Below, piece after piece: positions 1 through 7,904 of a stretch of 64,000 nucleotides of DNA. A model generated the notes under the pieces. That model was not told the origin of the DNA, did not search any database, and worked only from the letters and a program-made list of their open reading frames with translations. Source of the DNA: Myxococcota bacterium. Its GTDB lineage: Bacteria; Myxococcota_A; UBA796; CAJQPC01. Each line of letters starts with the position of its first letter. The stretch's first letter is position 1. The DNA lies in assembly GCA_036012755.1 (NCBI GenBank), contig DASCPX010000009.1, positions 146,880 through 210,879 of the forward strand, in the 5' to 3' direction. The position numbers and the translations under genes were made by a program.

Positions 1-76
1 CGCTCGCTGCGGCCCTCTCGAGCGGCAGGACCGCCAGGGACTCGGCGCTGGCGACATCGAGCAGGAGGAGGAGCAT
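1..76 (-). CDS. 5' end of a secreted protein running off the window (MLLLLLDVASAESLAVLPLERAAAS...)
   Basis: ATG at 76 on - strand, short hydrophobic leader with ASA cleavage-like site, open frame to window edge; only 25 codons visible. Confidence 0.5.
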   Translation of the reverse strand, partial: MLLLLLDVASAESLAVLPLERAAAS

Positions 77-122
77 GGACCCAGGAACTAACAGGGCGCG
101 CACCCCTTACAGTCCGCGATGG

Positions 123-1883
123 TCAGGGCACCAGCTCTCGCAACTCCCAGCTCCAGGCCCGGGACCTCGTGTCGATCGCGTAGACGTGGCCGTCGTCCCA
201 GGCGACCAGGTCCAGCGGTCCGGGTCCGAAGACCGTGACCACCTCGCCAGCCCGGAGATCCCAGAGAGCCGCTCGCCCGTCGGCGGTCGGGCCCACCAGG
301 AACCGCCCGTCTGGACTCGCGCTGATCGTGCCGCGCTCGCCTCGCCAGTCCTGGTCCGCCAGCACGATGGCCTCGCCGTCGGGCTCCCACCGCCACAGCC
401 ACGCGGGCTCGCAAGCTCCCGCGCATCCCACGAGGATCTCGCCGCTGTGAGCCAGGGTGCTGACCCCCCGGACCTCGCCGCAACATGCGCTCGGGCCGCT
501 CGGGCCGACGGACAACTCGGGCAGGGACAGGGCAGTCACCGCGCCGTCCTCCTGCACCATCCACAGCCGCTCCGAGCCAAAGACCAGCCCCTCCACGGCG
601 GAGAGTGTCTCGGCCCAGTGGCGGGCGCGATCTGCGAAGCGCTCTCCCTCGAGCAACGACACGCCACGCCGGTCCCCCAGAGCGAGCATGGAGCCGTCGT
701 CCGACCACGCAAGCGCGCGTAGACCGTTGACGTCGTACACGGTCCTCAAGACCTCGCCGCTGTCTACGTCGACGAGCCAGAGGCGACGATGAGCTCCGAT
801 TGCGAGCTTCTTGCCGTCCGGCGACAAGGCACCCACGAAGAGGTCGTCCCAGCTGTCCGGATCGTGGTTCTCCCGCTTCGACAGCGTCGGTAGCCCGATC
901 CGTCGAACCACTTCACCCGTGCTGGGCTCGACCAGCGCCGCCAGGGCGAAGCTGCGCTCGAGATCCTGGACATAGAGCAGCAGATCGCCCTGCAGCGGCC
1001 TCGGCGCCACGAGTCGGACATCGGTCGCCAGAAGGACCCCGTCGGCGCGTTCGTCGAATGCCGGGGTCCACCAGTCCACGGAATGCCGAGCGATGACGCG
1101 ATCTTCGCGCCAATCGACGAGGTCGTCGTCGGCGAGCCGGAGGGGGCTCTCCGCGTCGAGTTCGGCGTAGTCGAGCTGCCAGCGACCCTCGAGGTACACG
1201 ACGGGCCATGTCTCCGTCCGATCGGCGAGGGCGACGTCCACGCCGAGGGCATCGCCCCCTACGATCTCGGCGCCTGCGCTGAGCCAGCGCAGGTAGCCGG
1301 CGTCGGTGTTCCTGGCATGCCAGGCGTAGGTCCAGTCAGAGGCGACTCTCGCTTCTTCCGCGGCGTCGACGCGGAGGTCGACCCCTGGAAGGAGCCGGGG
1401 CTTGCCCTCCCCCGAGTGCAGCTCGTCGAGGAGGTCGGCGACGAAGCGCTCCGGTTCGCTGCACAGACCGCAGGCGCTGCGCTCGAAGCGCTCGACCACG
1501 GTCCCTCCGCCGTCTCGGCGCAGGACCACCGTCAGCGGGGGGTTGGTGTCGAGGACCACGCGGAGGTAGTCGGGTCCCTCCACCACGCCGAGCACGGCCG
1601 CGCCCTCGGCCAGCGTGCGTCCAAGCGGCGACGTGGGGGCCAGCGCCCGGTCGAGGTGGTGGTAGTAGCTGCGTCGCGCGGCAGGGGGGAGCTCGCCCAG
1701 AGCCAGTGGCCGCACCGCTTCGCGAAGCCACGCCGGGTCCAGCTCCCCGGCGACGGCTCGCGCGCTCAGCTCGGAGACGAGCGCCTCTGCGCGTTCGGCG
1801 TCAGGCGGCCGCGCCGCCAGGGCTCCTGAGCCCAGAAAGACAAGGATTGGCCAAGCCTGGAGGGGGGAGGTCGCGCGCCGCAC
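123..1883 (-). CDS. Secreted protein with C-terminal WD40/beta-propeller-like repeats
   Basis: ORF 123..1949; GTG at 1883 avoids overlap with the divergent gene; repeats such as ALSPDGKKLAIG, LAWSDDGSMLALG, SASPDGRFLV, LWDL. Confidence 0.7.
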   Translation of the reverse strand: MRRATSPLQAWPILVFLGSGALAARPPDAERAEALVSELSARAVAGELDPAWLREAVRPLALGELPPAARRSYYHHLDRALAPTSPLGRTLAEGAAVLGVVEGPDYLRVVLDTNPPLTVVLRRDGGGTVVERFERSACGLCSEPERFVADLLDELHSGEGKPRLLPGVDLRVDAAEEARVASDWTYAWHARNTDAGYLRWLSAGAEIVGGDALGVDVALADRTETWPVVYLEGRWQLDYAELDAESPLRLADDDLVDWREDRVIARHSVDWWTPAFDERADGVLLATDVRLVAPRPLQGDLLLYVQDLERSFALAALVEPSTGEVVRRIGLPTLSKRENHDPDSWDDLFVGALSPDGKKLAIGAHRRLWLVDVDSGEVLRTVYDVNGLRALAWSDDGSMLALGDRRGVSLLEGERFADRARHWAETLSAVEGLVFGSERLWMVQEDGAVTALSLPELSVGPSGPSACCGEVRGVSTLAHSGEILVGCAGACEPAWLWRWEPDGEAIVLADQDWRGERGTISASPDGRFLVGPTADGRAALWDLRAGEVVTVFGPGPLDLVAWDDGHVYAIDTRSRAWSWELRELVP

Positions 1884-1905
1884 GCCAGCATGTATCTTGC
1901 ACCGC

Positions 1906-2775
1906 ATGCTGCTGCTCGCCACGCTCGCATGCAACAAGGACGATGGCAACGACGGGCCCCAGTGGCTCCTGAAGCAGCGCCACGCGGGCCAGCCGCTCGC
2001 CTTGGGCCAGGGCTTCGACCCCTCGGACCCGACGGAGACCTACTTCGCGGCACAACACATCGTGCCCGACCTCTACTACGGAAACTCGCCACCCTCCGAG
2101 ATCCCGCTGATGCTGTGGGAGCACGTGCTCGGAGAGAACATCAGCGATCCTGGGATCTGTCCCTACCTGACCGCGGACGGACCGACGCTGGTCTACGACG
2201 GGAACTGCCGATCCGCCGAGGGCTACGATTTCTCCGGCGAGGTCAGCATCCTGGAGTGGGAGGAGGAAGGCCAGGGCTGGCAACACTGGGACTTCGACAT
2301 CGTGGTGGAGACCGAACTGCCGGACCAGTCCTTCGATCGCATCGGGCTCACCGGAGAGATCTTCTACGGCTCGGCCAACGAGGACATCGGACTCGTCTCG
2401 CACACCCAGACCAACGTGCAGATGGAGTCCGAGGGCTACTGGGCGAACAAGGCGGTCAACGGAGACAACCTCGAGGCGGCCTGGAGCGAGGTCGCCTTCA
2501 CCGGGATCTGGGAGACACAGGATCTGGGGACGCGCACCTACGTCCACGTTGGCGTGCTCGACCTGGGCGACTTCGGTGGCTTCACCTTCCAGACGGAGGG
2601 CCTCGTCGATCAGGGCGCCAGCTGCGTCGGCGAAGCGAAGGGGCGGGTGCAGATCTCCGGCACTGCGGACGCGACCCTCCGCTTCGAAGGCAGCGAGCGC
2701 TGTGATGGGTGCGCCGAGCACACCGCCGAAGGTGCCACCACCCTCGCCTGCGCGAGCCGCGAGTACCTGCTCTAG
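1906..2775 (+). CDS. Cys-rich hypothetical lipoprotein
   Basis: MLLLATLAC lipobox-like start, GC3-rich codons, TATCTT 7 nt upstream; paralogous pattern to 22898..23695. Confidence 0.75.
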   Translation: MLLLATLACNKDDGNDGPQWLLKQRHAGQPLALGQGFDPSDPTETYFAAQHIVPDLYYGNSPPSEIPLMLWEHVLGENISDPGICPYLTADGPTLVYDGNCRSAEGYDFSGEVSILEWEEEGQGWQHWDFDIVVETELPDQSFDRIGLTGEIFYGSANEDIGLVSHTQTNVQMESEGYWANKAVNGDNLEAAWSEVAFTGIWETQDLGTRTYVHVGVLDLGDFGGFTFQTEGLVDQGASCVGEAKGRVQISGTADATLRFEGSERCDGCAEHTAEGATTLACASREYLL

Positions 2776-2845
2776 CGCCCCTCGGCAGAAGTCGCGACGC
2801 GCCTTCCACCGGCGCCTTCGGCGCGCGCCGGGGAGAACTAGATCA
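2772..2845. repeat. Small intergenic repeat element, long copy, flanked by CTAG
   Basis: Ends match 39622-39658; internal 19 nt identical to 15342-15360; CTAG at 2772-2775 and 2838-2841. Confidence 0.65.
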
Positions 2846-3928
2846 CCGAGATGCGCGCTCCACGCGCTCTTCCGGGAGCCAGGTGTTCGGGGCGTAGAAG
2901 TAGTCGGCTTCGTCGTGGGAGATCCAACGCAGCTCGGCGGCCGTCCGGTGTCCGACCCGGAGCTGGTCGAGGCTCTCGACTTCCAGCTCCTCCGACATGC
3001 CGGACGGCCGGTCCACGGCCATGACCTCTGCGTAGCGCTGGGGAAACAGCGGCGCAGCGAGTGGCTCTACGTAGCCCTCGGGGTACTCCGCGAGGAAGGT
3101 GGCAAGGTCGTAGCGGTCGGTGGCACCGAGAGCGTGGGCGATCTCGTGGGCCATCGTCGTGAGCACGTAGGCGACGTTGTCCTCGCTGGCCGAGACGTGG
3201 GCCACCGCCGTCCGACGCTTGGGGTCACCTCGGCTGTCGGCCGCCTGGTCGCTGGTGCCGGGCAAGTAGGCGATGTAGAGACGCACCCCGTAGCTGTCCG
3301 CCTCCACGCCCTGGTCCGCCGCCATGTTCTCCCACCACCACACATAGGAGATGGAGTGCGCGGCACGCGACAAGGTCGGCATGTCCCGCCCGACCGACGG
3401 CGGCTGCAGGGGCACACCCCAGGGCCCCTCGGGGTGCAGCTCCACCCAGGCATCGGAGCGGCCGGTGTAGCGGCGGTATTCGGCGTTGAACCAGTCCTCG
3501 AGCGCCACGATGGCCGTGCCGTCGTTGACCTCCTGGACGATTGGTGCGCCCTGGTCCTCTGGCGCGGCGAACTGCATGACACCGACGTCGATGGTGCCCC
3601 CTCCGAAGAGCAGCGCCTCGTCGTGGGACCGGAACTCCGCGACCTTGAAGATGACCACGGCGAGCAGCAGCACCCATGCCAGCTGGCGGATGCGACGCCA
3701 CCTGCGCCGAGACCTCAGCTCGGGTCCGTCCTCGATCATCCGCGCCACGACGACCTCGGCGCCTGCCCCTCGCAGACGGGTGGCGAGAGCCCGAGCGTCG
3801 GCCTCGCTTCGTGGACGCAACAGCAGCGGGAAGGGACCGATGAGACGATCCGGGAGGAGGTCCCCGAGGGCCTCCAATCCTCCGTCCGGTGGCCCGAGCA
3901 CGACCACCTGCCAGCGCGTGTCCGTCAT
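2843..3928 (-). CDS. Membrane-anchored putative zinc metallopeptidase (HExxH)
   Basis: ATG at 3928 (MTDTRWQ); one TM segment; motif AHEIAHALGATDRY and downstream AEVMA Met-turn-like element. Confidence 0.7.
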   Translation of the reverse strand: MTDTRWQVVVLGPPDGGLEALGDLLPDRLIGPFPLLLRPRSEADARALATRLRGAGAEVVVARMIEDGPELRSRRRWRRIRQLAWVLLLAVVIFKVAEFRSHDEALLFGGGTIDVGVMQFAAPEDQGAPIVQEVNDGTAIVALEDWFNAEYRRYTGRSDAWVELHPEGPWGVPLQPPSVGRDMPTLSRAAHSISYVWWWENMAADQGVEADSYGVRLYIAYLPGTSDQAADSRGDPKRRTAVAHVSASEDNVAYVLTTMAHEIAHALGATDRYDLATFLAEYPEGYVEPLAAPLFPQRYAEVMAVDRPSGMSEELEVESLDQLRVGHRTAAELRWISHDEADYFYAPNTWLPEERVERASR

Positions 3929-3986
3929 GGGTGCTGACACAACCTTGCACCCGCGGAGCCGCAGGACAAGCGATTCCGCGTGGTGG

Positions 3987-5684
3987 TCAGCCCTTGAAGG
4001 CGGCCAACGCGACCCCGACGAGCTTGCCCCAACCCGGCTCGGACTCCATCGCGACGAGCTTCTGACCCACCTGCGCGAGGTTCTTGTGGTCGCTGAACCA
4101 GACCGGCGGCGGCTGGATGCGGAAGGGAGCGCGGACCACGCTCTTCTGCGGGTGGTCGAAGAGGAAGGTGTTGTGGACGACGCCCATCCCCGACCGGATG
4201 TCCTTCGGGGTGTGGCCGGGGAATGCACCCCAGGTGGTCACGCAGAGGCCATAGATGAGCCCCGCCCAGCAGTTGATGGCGATGCCTCCGTATCGGAGCT
4301 CGGCGATGGCGCGGTCGAGCTCCGCCGCGTGGGCCTTGCAGGTCTTCGGATGGACGAGGACCATGCAGGAGAGCGTGCCCCAGCAGCTCTCGTTGGCGAA
4401 CTCGGTGGCCTGGCGGAGGAACTCGCCAGGGGTGCTGCAGTCGAGGTCGACCTGGGCGAGCACGCCGCAGAAGGCCTCCGTGGACAGGGCGTACTCATCA
4501 CTGCGCGCCTGGACATCGGGGATCAGCGTCCAAGGAACGATGTCCTCGCCGCCGCTGCCGAGGACCTCGGCCCCCGGGTACTTCTCTACGAAGCTGGAGT
4601 AGCGCTGCGCCGCACCCGGGTAGTAGGCCTTGCGTGGGGGAGACTCGCTGAGAGCGGTCCGCAGGTGCTGGAGGAACGACTCCCGCTTGTCCCAGCCCCG
4701 CGCGAGCACGACAACCTTTGCGGCGTTGCAGTTGAAGCTGCCGTTCTGCGTGACCATCCCCGCGACGCTCTTGGCCTGGAACTCCAGGTCCGCATCGGAC
4801 CAGGGCCCGGGCACGACCAGGACGGGGGTCACGCAGCCGAGCTCCGCGGAGAAGGGCCGGGTGTTGACCGGCTCGTCCGCGTCCTTGCGGCGCTGGGCCT
4901 CCTCCGGATCCGGGCCCCAGACGATGGCGTCGTAGGTTCGATCGGAGCCGGTGACGTGCAGGGTCTCGACGCACTCGTGGGTGGTCAGGTACTTGCCGAC
5001 CTCGACGCCTCCGTAGACCACGGCCATGAAGCCGTCCGCGATGAGGGAAGCGAAGGCTGTCTCGACGTGGGGGCCAGAGTGCTCGTTCACCGGGTTCATC
5101 TTCAGGACGCAGACCTCGTCCTCCACGAAGAGCTTGTGGAGCACGTCCATCGGCGCGATGGAGGCCACGTTTCCAGCGCCGAGCACCAGCCCGACGGCGC
5201 CCTCACCCTTCGGCTCGCGGTAGATGCGACCCTGCGTCGCCGGCTTGCCGGGCTCGAGCCAGATCTCCGCCGAGTGACCCGTGAACATCAGCTTGTCCTG
5301 CAGGTTCGTCGGGAAGACGTCTGCGACGAGCTGACCGTCGGGGCGCGCCTTCACCGCCGGGGGCCGAGGCTGACCGCCCGCCTCGAGGGCCTCGATCAAC
5401 AGCCTCGCGTTGCGGATCGTTGTCGTGACCGCCGCGAGCCACTCCTCGCCGGCGAGCGAGCTGTCGACCGGGATGCCCTTCTTGCGACAGCCGTCGGCGA
5501 CCATCGCCGGCGCGACGGCGTTCATGCCCTCGATGACCTTCTGGAGGTACTGGACACGCTCTGGGATGCTCGTCTGGACCCAGGCGCCCCGGTGTTCGGC
5601 GAGGCGGCGGACGAGCGCGTCGCACTCCTCGAGCGAAGTCGGCGGGATGCTGGGCGGGGCCTCTGGGAACTTCGGGCTGGCCAT
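3987..5684 (-). CDS. Aldehyde dehydrogenase family protein
   Basis: LGAGN, LKMNPVN, HVTGS, AELGCVTP, NGSFNC (catalytic Cys), TEAFCG; AGGAG RBS. Confidence 0.9.
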   Translation of the reverse strand: MASPKFPEAPPSIPPTSLEECDALVRRLAEHRGAWVQTSIPERVQYLQKVIEGMNAVAPAMVADGCRKKGIPVDSSLAGEEWLAAVTTTIRNARLLIEALEAGGQPRPPAVKARPDGQLVADVFPTNLQDKLMFTGHSAEIWLEPGKPATQGRIYREPKGEGAVGLVLGAGNVASIAPMDVLHKLFVEDEVCVLKMNPVNEHSGPHVETAFASLIADGFMAVVYGGVEVGKYLTTHECVETLHVTGSDRTYDAIVWGPDPEEAQRRKDADEPVNTRPFSAELGCVTPVLVVPGPWSDADLEFQAKSVAGMVTQNGSFNCNAAKVVVLARGWDKRESFLQHLRTALSESPPRKAYYPGAAQRYSSFVEKYPGAEVLGSGGEDIVPWTLIPDVQARSDEYALSTEAFCGVLAQVDLDCSTPGEFLRQATEFANESCWGTLSCMVLVHPKTCKAHAAELDRAIAELRYGGIAINCWAGLIYGLCVTTWGAFPGHTPKDIRSGMGVVHNTFLFDHPQKSVVRAPFRIQPPPVWFSDHKNLAQVGQKLVAMESEPGWGKLVGVALAAFKG

Positions 5685-5711
5685 GGTCGTCGCTCCTGGC
5701 GAGCCCGCCTC

Positions 5712-6272
5712 CTATCGCTGCACCGGCACCTCGGCCCACATCGCGCCGCGCAGATCGCCGACGCCGTAGCCCGTGGCCGCGTCCTCCGGGTAGCGCTCCG
5801 CTAGCAAGGCCGCGACCTCGTCGTCGATGTGGCTGCCGTGGCAGGCGAGGCAGCCGGGCTCGATGCGAATGGGCTTGAGCACGCACGCCTGGCCATCGAT
5901 GATCTCGGACACCCCGGGGGTGTCGGAGTCCGCCTGCTCGAGCCACTCACGGACCCAGGCCGGGCCGGCGTTGTCGGGGTTCCGGAGCTTCGTCGACGCC
6001 CGCCCCGCCTGGCCCCCGCTCTCGGCGGAGATGGCAGCGGTCAGCGCCTGGGCCTCCGTCGAGCACACACCGACGGCAGCGGTCGGGCCACCCTCCCGGA
6101 GGACCTCGACCATGCGCCCCTTCAGGCTCTTTCCGAGCTCGTTCAGGGAGTCGTTGGCCTCTGCGATCGCGCGAGCCTCGGCCGCCGCGTCCTGGACGAC
6201 GGGAGGCTCCGGTGTCGCCGGGGCATCGAGGGCGGGCTCCTGCGTGGAGCATGCACAGAGCAGGATCAGCAT
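5712..6272 (-). CDS. DUF3365/Tll0287-like c-type heme lipoprotein
   Basis: CLACHG heme motif, KLRNPDN, YPEDAATGYGVGDLRG; MLILLCAC lipobox. Confidence 0.85.
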   Translation of the reverse strand: MLILLCACSTQEPALDAPATPEPPVVQDAAAEARAIAEANDSLNELGKSLKGRMVEVLREGGPTAAVGVCSTEAQALTAAISAESGGQAGRASTKLRNPDNAGPAWVREWLEQADSDTPGVSEIIDGQACVLKPIRIEPGCLACHGSHIDDEVAALLAERYPEDAATGYGVGDLRGAMWAEVPVQR

Positions 6273-6298
6273 GGGTCCCTCTTAGTTAAGAGCGGCGC

Positions 6299-6676
6299 AT
6301 GCTGCAGGCTCTCCTCGTCGACCCCTGGCCCGCGTGGCTCGGCGCGGGCGTGCTCGCGATCGTGGTCCTGCTCTACCGCCGCGTCGGCTTCGGCGCGCTC
6401 GGGGACTGGAAACTGTGGCTCGGTCTCGGGGTCGGCGGCCTCCTCGCGCGGTTGATCAGCGGCCGCTTCTCACCGGACTTCGCCCACGGCGTCTGGGACC
6501 AGGCCGTGGTCCCCTGGCTGCCTCTGAAGGCCTGCGCCTTCCTCCTCGCCGGCCTGCTGATGGGCTACGGCGTACGTCGGGTGAGGAGCCTCGGCAGCCC
6601 CCGGACGCTGATCCTCTTCGCTCTCGCAGCGGCCTTCACAGCCAATCTGCTTGTGCGGATCTCGGAGTCATGGTGA
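6299..6676 (+). CDS. Degenerate YeeE/YedE-like membrane protein (first half)
   Basis: Hydrophobic 125 aa; W..GL..GGLL and AGLLMGYG.R resemble YeeE/YedE, but the GGCTSGH segment is missing. Confidence 0.55.
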   Translation: MLQALLVDPWPAWLGAGVLAIVVLLYRRVGFGALGDWKLWLGLGVGGLLARLISGRFSPDFAHGVWDQAVVPWLPLKACAFLLAGLLMGYGVRRVRSLGSPRTLILFALAAAFTANLLVRISESW

Positions 6677-7008
6677 GGAGATTCCTTGCAGGAATCGGCC
6701 TCGGCGTCCTCCTGAGCCGCCTCGATGCGAGCGCACCGCAGGCAGTCTTCGAGGCCCTGATGCTCCGGAATCCGCACCTGTCGTATTGCGCCCTGGGCGC
6801 CGTATTCGCCTCGCTCCTGGTTCACCCGGGTCGCCGTGGACCCGCCTGGCCAGCGATCCTGATAGGGATCGGGGTCGGACTGTGCGGGGCCTTGCCGCTG
6901 ACGGCTTTCGTGGCAATCGGAGAGGGCAGGCTCAGCGCCATCTTCATCGTCATCGGTGTGCTGCTCGGCGCGCGGGGTGCCGACTCACTCCATGGTCGAG
7001 CAGAATGA
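6670..7008 (+). CDS. Degenerate YeeE/YedE-associated membrane protein (second half)
   Basis: ATG at 6670 overlaps upstream ORF; GIGLGVLL...IGIGVGLCGALP...IGEG resembles the family's G.GWG..G.CPG...GEG motif. Confidence 0.55.
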   Translation: MVRRFLAGIGLGVLLSRLDASAPQAVFEALMLRNPHLSYCALGAVFASLLVHPGRRGPAWPAILIGIGVGLCGALPLTAFVAIGEGRLSAIFIVIGVLLGARGADSLHGRAE

Positions 7009-7065
7009 AATGGACCGGTGACGTTCGACGTCTTGTGTGTAGCTGCATCTACACAAGGAGTCGCC

Positions 7066-7293
7066 ATGACCTTCGTCACCGACCCGATGTCCCTGGCCCT
7101 CGCTCTCGGGCTCCTGGGGCCCGCTGCCGTCGACGAGCACGGCGTGTTCGACGAGGGTCGCCTGGACACGAGCACGGAGAAGGCCGACCTGGCGCGCGCG
7201 CTCGCCACCGAGCTGGACGCCGCGGTGTCCGAAGCTGACGAGGTCGTCCTGACCGACGTCGCCCTGACCGAGGTCTACTCCCTGGAAGAGTAG
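7066..7293 (+). CDS. Small acidic hypothetical protein (75 aa)
   Basis: AAGGAG RBS at 7055-7060, ATG at 7066, GC3-rich codons. Confidence 0.6.
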   Translation: MTFVTDPMSLALALGLLGPAAVDEHGVFDEGRLDTSTEKADLARALATELDAAVSEADEVVLTDVALTEVYSLEE

Positions 7294-7904
7294 GCACAGA
7301 GGAAGGCCTCCAGGGCGGGAGCGAGCTCGGAGTCGACGAGCTTCGCCGCGAGCGCGTGGAAGCGGAGTATCTCCATGGGATTCTGGCTCCCCAGGTCCTC
7401 GTCCTCGTCGCCGCCGGCAGCGTCCGATACCACTTTCAGCGCGACGAAGGGCAGGCCCGCGTCCAGCGCGCGGATCGCCGAGGCCTCCATCTCGCAGACC
7501 TGCGCCCCGAGGGCGAAGAGCTCAGCGCGGCGCTCGGGCGTCGTGACCGGCTCCGAGACCGTGACGAGGCTGACCGGTGTCGCCCCCGGGACGACGCCCA
7601 GGGTCTCCCATCGGTCCAACACCCGCAGCGCGCAAGCGCTGACGAGGGCGCCGACGGGGAGATCGTCGACCAGGGCACCGCAGGTCCCAAAGCTGACCAG
7701 ATGGGTCGCAGGCCACTCGGCAAGCGTCTCTCGCCCCCGCTCGGCGGCCTTTGCCGGACCGACCCCACAGGTGAGCACTGCGACGTGCTCGCCACCCAGG
7801 CGCCCAGCGACGAGGCGCGGACCCATCACGCGGCCCTGCTCGAGCCGACGCACGACGGGGAGGGTCTCGGCCGCGAGCGCCCCGGCGAGCAGCCAGCGCC
7901 TCAT
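7275..7904 (-). CDS. Nucleoside phosphorylase family protein (PNP_UDP_1, HpnG/MTAN-like)
   Basis: CGVGP..A, VSFGTCGAL, VCEMEASA, LKVVSDAA motifs; start overlaps MMPL stop. Confidence 0.8.
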   Translation of the reverse strand: MRRWLLAGALAAETLPVVRRLEQGRVMGPRLVAGRLGGEHVAVLTCGVGPAKAAERGRETLAEWPATHLVSFGTCGALVDDLPVGALVSACALRVLDRWETLGVVPGATPVSLVTVSEPVTTPERRAELFALGAQVCEMEASAIRALDAGLPFVALKVVSDAAGGDEDEDLGSQNPMEILRFHALAAKLVDSELAPALEAFLCAYSSRE

